64,000 nt of DNA from Bacillota bacterium (GTDB lineage: Bacteria; Bacillota; Dethiobacteria; DTU022; PWGO01): the NCBI GenBank assembly GCA_012518215.1, contig JAAYSV010000049.1, forward strand, positions 61,025 through 125,024, read 5' to 3'. Position numbers and translations under genes: made by a program. Shown here piece by piece: positions 44,382 to 53,770 of the stretch (positions are counted from its first letter, which is position 1; every line of letters begins with the position of its first letter). Under the pieces are notes generated by a model that saw only the letters and a program-made list of their open reading frames with translations, was not told the origin of the DNA and ran no database searches.

Positions 44382-47024
44382 TCATCTACGATTACCCCTC
44401 TGCTCCTCCACAATACCGCTCACCATATCCAGAGCATCCGGCAGAGCCGCGGGGTCCTTCCCCCCGGCCTGGGCCAGGTCTGGCCGACCGCCACCGCCAC
44501 CGCCAACTTTTCTTGCCACGATGGCAATTATCTTTCCGGCATGAATCCCCTCCTCGATCAGTTCCGGGGTTACGGCGGCCACCAACAAAACGCGGCCTTC
44601 TCTGATCGCCCCCAGCACGACCACACCGCGTGACAGCCTTTCTTTCACATGATCGGCCACCTCACGCAGGGTTTCCATGCTGTTCACATCCACCTTGTCG
44701 GTAATGATCTGTATGTTGCCATTCTGTTTCAAGCTATTCCTCAGCAAATCCGCAGCCTGATGGAAGATCATCTTTCGCTCAAGTTCTCGAAAGTCATGCT
44801 GCAAGCGCCTGTTTTCTTCCACCCAGTCATTGATTCTTTCCTCGATCTGGTCGGGGGTTGTTTTCAGGATACCCGCGACCCGTTTCAAACGATTATCCTG
44901 CTCCTGATCATATTTCAAAGCTTCTTCACCTGTCAGCGCCTCGATCCTGCGGATCCCCGCCCCGATGCTTTCTTCCTTGACGATACGTAACAACCCGATC
45001 TGACCCGTATTCTCGAGGTGGGTACCGCCGCAAAGTTCGGAACTGTAGGTCCCGATATTGACAACCCTAACCTCATCACCATATTTTTCTTCAAAAAGTG
45101 CCATGGCCCCATGTTTCCGAGCTTCCTCCAGCGTGACATACTTGCAACTTACCGGCAATCCTTCCCTGATAACCGCGTTGATCTTGCTTTCAATATCCCG
45201 CATCTCCAGATCGGTAAGAGCGGCAAAATGCGTGAAATCGAAACGGATGCGATCGGGAATTACCTGTGAGCCCGCCTGGTTGACATGTTCACCCAGAAAC
45301 TCCTTGAGTGCCCGGTGCAACAGGTGGGTAGAGGTATGGCTCCTCATGATGGCCTGCCTCCTGGCGTTGTCCACCAGGCCGCGAACGGTAGCACCCTTCT
45401 TCAACATCCCCGAATCCACCTTTCCCCGGTGGACGATCTGTTCATGGATGTTGAAATACACATCGGTAATTGAAATTTCCACCCCATCCCCGGTTATCAC
45501 TCCCGTGTCTGCCACCTGCCCTCCCGATTGGGCGTAAAAGGGCGTTCGATCGATGATAATTTCGACCGTGTCCCCTTCCGAAACCTCTTCGACGGAAAGT
45601 GATTCCCTGCAGATGGCCATGATTCTGGCCTCCGCCTCCAGCCGCTCGTAGCCCTCGAAATGGGTGGAAAGATGTCTGCTCTCTTCCCAGCAAAGATCAT
45701 CAACCGGGTCCCGACCATCGCCACCGGATTTTCGTGCCTTGCGCCCCCTTGATCTCTGCTCCTGCAATGCCCGGTCGAAGTTTACCACATCGACCTCCAG
45801 GCCCTTTTCAGCGAGGATCTCCCTGGTAAGATCCAGGGGAAAACCGTATGTATCGTAAAGGCGAAAAGCCACCTCGCCGGGGAACAATCGGTCTTTCCGC
45901 TGTTCTCCGGTGCCAAATTCATTCACAAGATAGGATTCCAACATATCCATTCCCTGGTTCAAGGTTTCACGAAAACGATTTTCTTCAAGCTTCACAACCT
46001 GCTTGATATAATCTTCCCTCTCACCCAGCTCGGGATAGGTACTCTTCATCAATGATACAACCAGGGAAACGGCACGGTGGAGAAAAGGATTGTCGATTCC
46101 CACCAGGCGCCCATGGCGGACAGCTCGACGCAGAAGACGACGTAAAACATATCCCCGCCCCTCGTTGGAGGGCAGAACCCCGTCAGCAACAAGGAAAACA
46201 ACCCCGCGAAGGTGCTCCGCAACGATGCGCAGGGAAAGCCGGTTGTTCACTGAAAAAGCTTCGCCGGCGATATATTCCACGAGAGGCCGCACCGTATCTA
46301 TCTCGTAGATAGAGGTAACTCCCTGAAGAACCGTGGCCAGGCGTTCCAACCCGGCGCCGGTGTCAATATTTTTCCTGTCCAGTGTGAGCAGGCTGCCATC
46401 GGGCATACGGTTGTACTGAGTAAAAACGAGATTCCAAACTTCCAGAAAACGATCGCAATCACAACCCACCTTGCAATCCGGGCGCCCGCATCCCACTCCC
46501 GCGCCCAGATCGAAATATATTTCCGAAGATGGCCCGCATGGACCGGTCCCTATCTCCCAGAAATTATCTTCCTTCCCCATCCGTACTATCCGTGCGGGGT
46601 CCAGTCCGACTTCTTTCCTCCAGATATCGGCCGCTTCCTCATCTTCCTCATAGACACTGATCCACAGTTTGTCCGTGGGAAGCTTGAGTAGATGCGTCAC
46701 GAATTCCCAGGCCCACAGTATGGCTTTTTCCTTGAAATAATCGCCAAACGAAAAATTGCCGAGCATCTCGAAAAAAGTAGCATGTCGCCCGGTGATGCCA
46801 ACCAGCTCTATATCCGGGGTGCGCACACATTTCTGGCAGGTAGCCATACGGGGATGCGGGGGGGCCTTCTCGCCGGTAAAATATGGTTTCAGGGGAGCCA
46901 TCCCTGCACCGACAAGGAGCAATGAAGGATCATCCTGTGGCACCAACGAATAACTTGGTACCACAAGATGATCTTTACGTGCAAAAAAGTTCAGAAAGAG
47001 CGAGCGTATCTCGTGACTTTGCAT
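44382..47024 (-). CDS. alaS: Alanine--tRNA ligase
   Basis: 880-aa ORF with N-terminus EIRSLFLNFFARKDH, FEMLGNFSFGDYFK, the editing-domain HTSTHLL...H motif and a C-terminal DHHA1 domain. Confidence 0.95.
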   Translation of the reverse strand: MQSHEIRSLFLNFFARKDHLVVPSYSLVPQDDPSLLLVGAGMAPLKPYFTGEKAPPHPRMATCQKCVRTPDIELVGITGRHATFFEMLGNFSFGDYFKEKAILWAWEFVTHLLKLPTDKLWISVYEEDEEAADIWRKEVGLDPARIVRMGKEDNFWEIGTGPCGPSSEIYFDLGAGVGCGRPDCKVGCDCDRFLEVWNLVFTQYNRMPDGSLLTLDRKNIDTGAGLERLATVLQGVTSIYEIDTVRPLVEYIAGEAFSVNNRLSLRIVAEHLRGVVFLVADGVLPSNEGRGYVLRRLLRRAVRHGRLVGIDNPFLHRAVSLVVSLMKSTYPELGEREDYIKQVVKLEENRFRETLNQGMDMLESYLVNEFGTGEQRKDRLFPGEVAFRLYDTYGFPLDLTREILAEKGLEVDVVNFDRALQEQRSRGRKARKSGGDGRDPVDDLCWEESRHLSTHFEGYERLEAEARIMAICRESLSVEEVSEGDTVEIIIDRTPFYAQSGGQVADTGVITGDGVEISITDVYFNIHEQIVHRGKVDSGMLKKGATVRGLVDNARRQAIMRSHTSTHLLHRALKEFLGEHVNQAGSQVIPDRIRFDFTHFAALTDLEMRDIESKINAVIREGLPVSCKYVTLEEARKHGAMALFEEKYGDEVRVVNIGTYSSELCGGTHLENTGQIGLLRIVKEESIGAGIRRIEALTGEEALKYDQEQDNRLKRVAGILKTTPDQIEERINDWVEENRRLQHDFRELERKMIFHQAADLLRNSLKQNGNIQIITDKVDVNSMETLREVADHVKERLSRGVVVLGAIREGRVLLVAAVTPELIEEGIHAGKIIAIVARKVGGGGGGRPDLAQAGGKDPAALPDALDMVSGIVEEQRGNRR

Positions 47025-47051
47025 AACCTATCCCCCTTGAAACTAAAACCA

Positions 47052-47080
47052 ATTATATTATCTCTGTATACCAGTGTCAA
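47052..47080 (-). promoter_or_regulatory. Consensus sigma-A promoter for alaS
   Basis: On the minus strand: TTGACA, 17 nt spacer, TATAAT. The -10 ends 27 nt before the alaS ATG, and AAGGGGGA serves as the SD. Confidence 0.55.
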
Positions 47081-47219
47081 CAATATCGGTAGTAGAAATA
47101 CCCGCCGGGAAAGCGCCACGCGCAAGGGTTTTTTACCGTCTTCGGGCCCCCTTTTCCTCGCCGGAACACCCCATGAAGGTATGGCAAATCTTCAACCAAT
47201 TTCCCTTTCGGTGGAAGAA

Positions 47220-48287
47220 TCATCCATAGGCAATATCCCGGAGGTGTTTGCTGACAATCCGCAGCGTGGCGGCAACGGGAAGAACAAACAGGAGGCCGGC
47301 AAAACCAAACAGTTTTCCGGCCGCAAGAAGAAGAAGGATGATCACCAGGGGATGAAACTTGAGGCTATGGCTGAATATCAGCGGCGCGATCAGATTTCCC
47401 TCCACCTGCTGGATGATGATCATCAATGCAGTTACCTTGATCGCCAGCACCGGCGAAGAGATGTAGGCCACGATGACAGCGGGTATGCCTCCGATAAAAG
47501 GCCCGATAATGGGTATGAAGTTGGTTACCCCGTTAAGAAAACCCAGGAAGAGTGCATATTTCACATCGAAGAGGAGCAGCCCCAGATAAACCGTCAGCCC
47601 GACCAGAAAACTGACCAGAACCATACCCCTCAAATATCTACCGATGGCCGAATCAATCTCCTTGCCGATTATCGTCAATCGTTGCCGGGCATGGGCAGGA
47701 AAGGCGCGGATGATGAACGCCTTGATATCTTCCTTGTCCCTGATGATAAAAAAAGTAAAGATCGGAACCAGAATGATGATCAGCAGGCTATTGAAAAAGC
47801 TGATGATGAAAGCAGTGATGTTTTCCAACCTGGAAAGCAGTGCCGACTCGATACCCGCCAGATTCTGTTCAACAATTTCCAGCACCGGGGGGGGCAGATT
47901 GAAACGGCGATAATTATCCTGGAAATTCAAAAAATATTGATGGGCTTTCCGGGCATGATGAGGAAAATTGGCGGCTATCCCTTGCAGATCGTCCAGAAGG
48001 TTGGGTAAAAAGCGGAGACAGATTACAAGAACAATCAGGCCAAAAACAGTATAAATCACCAGTATGGCCAGAGCCCTGGAAAGACGGCGTTTCTCCATGA
48101 AATCCACAAGCGGATTCAATATATAGGCGATGATCATGGCTATGATGAAAGGTGTTAAAACAAAATACAATATCTCTCTGTGTCGGTAGATATAGACGAG
48201 CAGGAGAGTCAACAGGATGAGAACGAGAATTATCTCTCCGGCTAACTTGACAAAGGGCATGACCGTACTGCGCTCTCGTTTCATCAC
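47220..48287 (-). CDS. AI-2E family transporter (PerM/UPF0118)
   Basis: 355-aa polytopic ORF. The conserved C-terminal region is NFIPIIGPFIGGIPAV. Confidence 0.8.
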   Translation of the reverse strand: MMKRERSTVMPFVKLAGEIILVLILLTLLLVYIYRHREILYFVLTPFIIAMIIAYILNPLVDFMEKRRLSRALAILVIYTVFGLIVLVICLRFLPNLLDDLQGIAANFPHHARKAHQYFLNFQDNYRRFNLPPPVLEIVEQNLAGIESALLSRLENITAFIISFFNSLLIIILVPIFTFFIIRDKEDIKAFIIRAFPAHARQRLTIIGKEIDSAIGRYLRGMVLVSFLVGLTVYLGLLLFDVKYALFLGFLNGVTNFIPIIGPFIGGIPAVIVAYISSPVLAIKVTALMIIIQQVEGNLIAPLIFSHSLKFHPLVIILLLLAAGKLFGFAGLLFVLPVAATLRIVSKHLRDIAYG

Positions 48288-48390
48288 TGACCTCTACAGA
48301 AAAAGCGTTTCTTATTATTATGCCCTTGAAGGATTAAAAATTATTGGTTTTCCGGCTCATGCCTGCTGACATCAAGTTTGATCTTTCACC

Positions 48391-48573
48391 TCATGTCGGT
48401 TTATTCTTCAGCTCGATCAAGGTTCCGTCTTCTTCCACGAGGAACATCTTGATCTTGTCCCTGTTCCTACCCTGAATCTCGAATTCTATCAGGCAATCCC
48501 AGCAGTAGTAGAGTCTGTTTCCGATCTTGCCCGTATTTATCTGATGGCAGAGAGGGCAATGTATCACATCCAT
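48391..48573 (-). CDS. Small zinc-ribbon-like protein (60 aa)
   Basis: Trimmed from track ORF 48391..48852, which overlaps mnmA. ATG 48573 has AGGAGG 7 nt upstream. The product is MDVIHCPLCHQ...YYCWDCLIEF (CxxC...CxxC). Confidence 0.55.
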   Translation of the reverse strand: MDVIHCPLCHQINTGKIGNRLYYCWDCLIEFEIQGRNRDKIKMFLVEEDGTLIELKNKPT

Positions 48574-48676
48574 GCCTGAGCCTCCTGCAAGATTATTTGT
48601 ATCACGGTTATTATGAGCGAAATCGTGGCAAAGAATTCCCGGTTTTCCGGTTACAGAGGAAAATATACATGGATGA

Positions 48677-49780
48677 TCAGGGGGAAGCGTCCCGAAGACG
48701 AGTTTTGATAGTGCCGCCGCCAAGAACTTCGTCACCCCGGTAAAAAACCACGGACTGCCCGGGGGTAACCGATGATTGGGGAGTATCAAATTGCAGGCGT
48801 GCATAGCCCCTTTCATCCCGAGGGTGAAGCAATGCGGGGGTTTCTGCTCCACGGTAACGTATACGAGCCATCACTCGCTCGATTTCAAGCGGGGGAGGAC
48901 CGGCAATAAAATTGAGTTCGGAGGCGATGAGGCCGGAAACAAAAGTTTCTGCCCCGGTGCCGACCACGAGGGTGTTATCAGCAGTGCGCAAATCCACAAC
49001 GTAGAGGGGCTCTGCTGCGGTAACCCCCAACCCTTTGCGCTGGCCGATCGTGTAAAAAGGCAGGCCCCGGTGTTCGCCAAGATGGTTCCCGCCCGTATCG
49101 ATGATAGGGCCAGGCGGAAACGTGCCAACCTGACGACGAAGGAATTCGCGGTAATCATCCCCGGGAATGAAACAAATTTCCTGGCTTTCCTTTTTTTCAT
49201 CCATGTTCAGGCCCAGTTGGAGGGCTTTGGCACGGATGATTTCTTTTGAACTGTCACCGAGGGGAAAAATCGATTTTGCCAGCTGTTCCTGGTTCAGGCG
49301 GAAGAGCATGTAGGATTGATCCCTGTCGGAATCCATTCCTTTTTTCAGGTAATACCGACGACGATCCGGCTCCCATCCGGACCGCGCATAATGCCCGGTA
49401 GCCATTTTTTCCGCCCCCAGGGAAAGGGCCTTCTCCAGAAGGACCCCGAACTTGATTCGATGATTGCATACAATGCAGGGGTTGGGTGTACAGCCCCGCT
49501 GATACTCATTGATAAAATAGCGTACCACCTCTTCTCTGAACGTTTCCTTGACATTCAGTTCAAAATGAGGTATTCCAAGATGCCTGGCCACCCGTTCCGC
49601 CTCATCGGCATCATCGTGAGGAGTGCGACCTTCCTTCGGGGCAGTTTCGTACTGCGAATCGGACCAGACACGCATCGTCAATCCGATAACCTCGTATCCT
49701 TCTTCCAGCATCTTGGCGGCGGCGACGGAACTATCCACACCCCCGCTCATCGCCACGGCCACCTTTCTGCAATTCATCAA
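48677..49780 (-). CDS. mnmA: tRNA 2-thiouridine(34) synthase
   Basis: Has the PP-loop VAVAMSGGVDSSVAA and catalytic Cys contexts (NPCIVCN, ICF). Confidence 0.9.
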   Translation of the reverse strand: MMNCRKVAVAMSGGVDSSVAAAKMLEEGYEVIGLTMRVWSDSQYETAPKEGRTPHDDADEAERVARHLGIPHFELNVKETFREEVVRYFINEYQRGCTPNPCIVCNHRIKFGVLLEKALSLGAEKMATGHYARSGWEPDRRRYYLKKGMDSDRDQSYMLFRLNQEQLAKSIFPLGDSSKEIIRAKALQLGLNMDEKKESQEICFIPGDDYREFLRRQVGTFPPGPIIDTGGNHLGEHRGLPFYTIGQRKGLGVTAAEPLYVVDLRTADNTLVVGTGAETFVSGLIASELNFIAGPPPLEIERVMARIRYRGAETPALLHPRDERGYARLQFDTPQSSVTPGQSVVFYRGDEVLGGGTIKTRLRDASP

Positions 49781-49793
49781 TCGAAACCCCTTT

Positions 49794-50441
49794 TCAGATT
49801 AGCAGATAACCCCGCCCCCGGGTAGCATCGTGAAGCGCCCGGCGAAAACCATCTTTGTCCCTGGAACGCAAGTGAAAATCGATGACCACATCCTCCCCGT
49901 ACTCTATACTTATTATTTTCCCTTTCCGGGAAGAAATAAGCTTCGTGGCCGCTCCGAGGTTTTCATAGGGCAGCCGGGCCTTGAGTCGCTCCATGTAGAC
50001 CCGCCGAACCGTACTCGCTGCTTTCAAACCCTCTTCAGCCGCAGCCCGGTAAGCACGTATCAGTCCGCCTACACCCAGTTTTACCCCCCCAAAATAACGG
50101 GTCACCACCATGGCTGTGTCCGTGAGTTCTGCCTTGCGCAGGACGCTCAAAATCGGCGGCCCGGCAGTTCCCACCGGCTCACGGTCATCGGAACAACGCT
50201 CCAGAAGATTGCGTTTGAAACCAACACGGTAAGCAAAGGTGTTGTGGGTAGCATCGGAAAACTCGATCTTGATCCGCTCTATGAAACGGCGTGCCTCTTC
50301 CTCGCTGGCAACCGGGCAAAGGGTAGCGATGAAACGACATCTTCCCACCGCCAGGCGCCGCCTGACCTCTTTTTTGATGCTCAGATAACTATCGGCGTTA
50401 TTCTTCTTTTTCTTTTTCATTTTTTGCTTCATCTTTTCCAT
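49794..50441 (-). CDS. YigZ/IMPACT family protein (UPF0029)
   Basis: ATHNTFAYRVG...DDREPVGTAGPPIL is the family signature. The start is uncertain (three ATGs between 50420 and 50441, all overlapping the rarA 3' end). Confidence 0.75.
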   Translation of the reverse strand: MEKMKQKMKKKKKNNADSYLSIKKEVRRRLAVGRCRFIATLCPVASEEEARRFIERIKIEFSDATHNTFAYRVGFKRNLLERCSDDREPVGTAGPPILSVLRKAELTDTAMVVTRYFGGVKLGVGGLIRAYRAAAEEGLKAASTVRRVYMERLKARLPYENLGAATKLISSRKGKIISIEYGEDVVIDFHLRSRDKDGFRRALHDATRGRGYLLI

Positions 50442-51774
50442 TATTTTGCATTGCCGCCGCCCGGCGAATCCGCTCCAGGCGCTCCTTGATACGCCCTTCG
50501 TACCCGCTGGAGCGGGGCCGATAGAATATTTTCCCCTTCAACGAGGCAGGGAGGTAATCCTGTTCAACGTACCCATGCCGGTAATCATGAGGATATCGGT
50601 ACCCTACCCCATGCCCGAGCCTTTCGGCACCCCGGTAGGAAGAAGAACGTAAATGCGGGGGCACCTCTCCCCGTCCCCGCCGATCAACCTCCTTCAACGC
50701 CTCCCCCATCCCCTTGTATGCAGCATTGCTTTTGGGAGCAGAGGCCAGATATGTAACACACTGGGCCAGTGTAATCCTCCCCTCGGGCATGCCGATCAGC
50801 TGCAGAGCATGAAAGGCCGCCACGGCCACCTGCAATGCCCGGGGATCGGCATTGCCTATATCCTCGGAAGCACTGATAACCAGTCGGCGTGCCAGAAACA
50901 TGGGGTCCTCCCCACCACGGATCATACAGGCCAACCAGTAAAGAGCCGCATCCGGGTCAGACCCCCTGATCGACTTGATGAGCGCCGAAGCGGTGTCATG
51001 GTGCGCGTCTCCAGCCCTGTCATGGGAGAAACCCCGCACCGCAAAAGCCTGCTCGGCCATCTCCGCCGTGAGATGGATTGTCCCATCTTTCAGCGGTTCT
51101 GCCGTATTGACAGCCAATTCAAGTGCATTCAACGCCAGCCGGGCATCCCCGTCCGCCCGGGTAGCCAGGATACCGAGCGCCTCTTCATCCGGTTCCACCC
51201 TGGTTTTCCCCATCCCTCTCTCCACATCTGCCAGGGCCCGGCGTAACAGCAACCCTATCTCTTCGTTTACCAATTTCTGAAAGACAAATATGCGGACCCT
51301 GGAAAGCAGGGGTGAAGTAAGGTGAAAAAAGGGATTTTCGGTCGTGGCACCGATAAAGAGCAACGTTCCTTCCTCGACAGCAGCCAGAAGGGCATCCTGC
51401 TGTGATTTGTTGAACCTGTGTATTTCGTCAAGAAATAAAATCGTGCGTTTCCCTTCCGTGCCCCATCTGATGCGGGCTTCCTCTATCAATCTTCGCACCT
51501 CGGCGACACCGGCCGAGATGGCGTTCAGTTGCACGAAATAAGCCCTTGTTCGCTTGGAAATCAAGCGTGCCAATGTCGTCTTGCCCGTACCCGGCGGCCC
51601 GTAAAACAAAGAAGAAGTGAGGCGGTCTTCATCGATGGCCTTTCTCAACGGAGTTCCCTCGGCAAGTATTTCTTTCTGGCCCACAAATTCTTCAAGTGAG
51701 TTTGGACGCATGCGGGTGGCCAGGGGGCCTTCTTCCTTGACTTTGTTTTTCCAGTTATAATTGAACAGGTCCAT
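50398..51774 (-). CDS. rarA: Replication-associated recombination protein A (AAA+ ATPase)
   Basis: Contains RMRPNSLEEFVGQKEIL, Walker A (GPPGTGKTT) and Walker B (ILFLDEIHRFNK). The start is set at MDLFN (51774), immediately after the scfB stop. Confidence 0.85.
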   Translation of the reverse strand: MDLFNYNWKNKVKEEGPLATRMRPNSLEEFVGQKEILAEGTPLRKAIDEDRLTSSLFYGPPGTGKTTLARLISKRTRAYFVQLNAISAGVAEVRRLIEEARIRWGTEGKRTILFLDEIHRFNKSQQDALLAAVEEGTLLFIGATTENPFFHLTSPLLSRVRIFVFQKLVNEEIGLLLRRALADVERGMGKTRVEPDEEALGILATRADGDARLALNALELAVNTAEPLKDGTIHLTAEMAEQAFAVRGFSHDRAGDAHHDTASALIKSIRGSDPDAALYWLACMIRGGEDPMFLARRLVISASEDIGNADPRALQVAVAAFHALQLIGMPEGRITLAQCVTYLASAPKSNAAYKGMGEALKEVDRRGRGEVPPHLRSSSYRGAERLGHGVGYRYPHDYRHGYVEQDYLPASLKGKIFYRPRSSGYEGRIKERLERIRRAAAMQNNGKDEAKNEKEKEE

Positions 51775-51776
51775 AT

Positions 51777-53141
51777 TTACTCCGGCTTCTCCGTATTTTC
51801 CACCTGCTTTGCCATGGAAAGTTCCATTGCTTTCAAGTACAGAGCACATTCAAGGCGTTTTTTTTGCAAGGCGCATTCCAGCAGGTAAGGGCGTTCAAAT
51901 TCATCATGGATCAACTTGGAAGCGGCGCGGCAACCCCCTCCACAGTGATAGCGCGCCCAGCAGGAGGCGCATTCATGTCGCAACGGCCCTGTTATGGGAA
52001 AAACTTCGGGGTCGAGCAGTTTGAAATCTTTGCGTTTCACATTACCCATCATCAATTTCCTGTTACCGATCAGCTGGTGGCAGGGGTAAAGTTCCCCCGA
52101 TGGCGTAACGGCCAGATACTCCTCCCCCGCCCCGCAACCAGAAAGCCTTCTGTAAATACAGGGGCCGTTTTCCAGGTCTACGTTGAAATGAAAATATTTG
52201 AAGGGATCCCCTTTCTCGAGACAATGAAGATAAAACGCAGCCAATAATTCATATTCACGCTCCAATTCGCTCCGGTCCTCATCCCGGAGCGACCATTCAT
52301 CCGCAGGGGGAGAAACTACCGGTTCCAGGGAGATATTCCTGATACCAAGCTCGTACAAATGGACGACATCCCGGCTGAAATCCCGGTTAAAACGGGTAAA
52401 AGTACCACGAACATAGTAGTTGCCATTGCACCTTTCCAGAAAATCAAGGATTTTCCCGGCTATAATCCCGTAGGTTTCTTTCCCGCCGGCCGTACGGCGC
52501 ATCCGGTTATGCACTTCCGGACGCCCATCAAGGCTCAATATGGTGCTAAAATCATTATCTTTGAAATAAGAAATGGAATCATCATTCAGAAGCAGGGCAT
52601 TGGTAGTGATTGTGAAATGAAATTCAACCCCTTCTTGCTCTCCCCTCTGACGGGCATAAGCGGTTACCCCTTTTACAGTATTCATGTTAAGCAAAGGTTC
52701 ACCGCCAAAATAATCTATTTCCATATGCTTTTTCCCATCGGATTGCTCCAGCAGAAAATCGATGGCCGCCTTCCCCGTATCCACGGACATCAGACTGTTT
52801 TTTTCACCATATTTGCCTTCTCCCGCAAAACAGTATCGGCAGGAAAGGTTGCATGAATGAGCCACATTGAGGCATAGCGCTTTGACAGGAGATCGGCCCT
52901 TCTTTGCCTTCAAATGAACAGGTTCTGCCCAGAGCAAACCTTCTCTCTGCAAAAGCTCGGTTTCTTCAATGGCGGCGGCAATTTCCCGTGGGGGATATTT
53001 ATTTTTCAGGGTATTCCTGACATTTTCCGCTGTAACGCCTTCATCGAGCAGGGCAATAACGTCCGCGGCAACAGCATCAACCCGATGAAGAGTATCACTT
53101 TCAACATCAAGTACAAGTTCGATCCCGTCGATATTGAACAT
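51777..53141 (-). CDS. scfB: Radical SAM/SPASM thioether-forming maturase for SCIFF (ScfB/CteB type)
   Basis: Has CNLSCRYC (CxxxCxxC) and a C-terminal SPASM Cys clusters (CGAG...YPCH, CASCWARYHCGGGC). It lies directly downstream of a SCIFF precursor. The start is set at MFNIDGIELVLDV (53141). Confidence 0.85.
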   Translation of the reverse strand: MFNIDGIELVLDVESDTLHRVDAVAADVIALLDEGVTAENVRNTLKNKYPPREIAAAIEETELLQREGLLWAEPVHLKAKKGRSPVKALCLNVAHSCNLSCRYCFAGEGKYGEKNSLMSVDTGKAAIDFLLEQSDGKKHMEIDYFGGEPLLNMNTVKGVTAYARQRGEQEGVEFHFTITTNALLLNDDSISYFKDNDFSTILSLDGRPEVHNRMRRTAGGKETYGIIAGKILDFLERCNGNYYVRGTFTRFNRDFSRDVVHLYELGIRNISLEPVVSPPADEWSLRDEDRSELEREYELLAAFYLHCLEKGDPFKYFHFNVDLENGPCIYRRLSGCGAGEEYLAVTPSGELYPCHQLIGNRKLMMGNVKRKDFKLLDPEVFPITGPLRHECASCWARYHCGGGCRAASKLIHDEFERPYLLECALQKKRLECALYLKAMELSMAKQVENTEKPE

Positions 53142-53261
53142 ATGAATCTGGCCCTTTTTCAAAACCAACACTCCCAAAACAAAAACCGGCAGCACGAAAC
53201 AAACACTTCACCTTCCAAGCTCCCGGTTTCCTTTCATTGATTGAAGAATCAGAAACCCAAA

Positions 53262-53426
53262 CTATCTTTTGCTCCCGCTGTTTTTGGCCCCGTTCCTGCA
53301 AACCTGATTCCCAACCGTACAGGAAGTTTTGCACGCCGATTGACATGATGTCGGGCATTCACGGCAACCCGCTTCCGGCCTGAAAAAAGAATGGTTGCGA
53401 TTTATCGTATGGATATGTTTCATCAT
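53262..53426 (-). CDS. scfA: SCIFF (six-cysteines-in-forty-five) ranthipeptide precursor
   Basis: Trimmed from track ORF 53262..53573. The product is MMKHIHTINRNHSFFRPEAGCRECPTSCQSACKTSCTVGNQVCRNGAKNSGSKR, and the core GC.EC.TSCQSACKTSCTVGNQ.C matches the SCIFF consensus. AAAGGGGGG lies upstream. Confidence 0.85.
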   Translation of the reverse strand: MMKHIHTINRNHSFFRPEAGCRECPTSCQSACKTSCTVGNQVCRNGAKNSGSKR

Positions 53427-53581
53427 CCATGCCCCCCTTTCATATGCACGGCGGGAAAGACGGCATATCACCCGCCCCACCTTGAATTTTTCTGCCTGTG
53501 GGAGGTCGTCTGTTCCAGGTTGAAGGATCCTTCCTTGCCTGTCGCACGACCCACCTTCCAGATATGCAAACAACTGCCATT

Positions 53582-53610
53582 ATTATACCTGTCGCTGATT
53601 TTTTAAGCAA
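53582..53610 (-). promoter_or_regulatory. Sigma-A-type promoter for scfA
   Basis: On the minus strand: TTGCTT, 17 nt spacer, TATAAT. It lies about 150 nt upstream of the SCIFF start. Confidence 0.45.
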
Positions 53611-53662
53611 GTTGCAATAGCACGTTTCGGTTTTTTTGTAAATGCAAAGTTCATGATTCCAT

Positions 53663-53697
53663 GTAAAAAGAGGGCAGAAACAAGTTGTTCCTGCCCT
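53663..53697 (-). terminator. Rho-independent terminator after the hybrid kinase gene
   Basis: On the minus strand the sequence is AGGGCAG-(13 nt)-CTGCCCT followed by CTTTTTA. Confidence 0.55.
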
Positions 53698-53770
53698 TTG
53701 CGGAAGTCCCCCTTGCAGTTGCCGAAAAAAAGAGGGAATGGAAAATTCCGGCACATGGGGGACAAGAATA

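Noticed and set aside
46968-48008. 346-aa plus-strand ORF spanning the alaS 5' end and the AI-2E transporter gene
   Set aside because: It is antisense to two well-supported genes and crosses their intergenic promoter. Its composition is charged and low-complexity.
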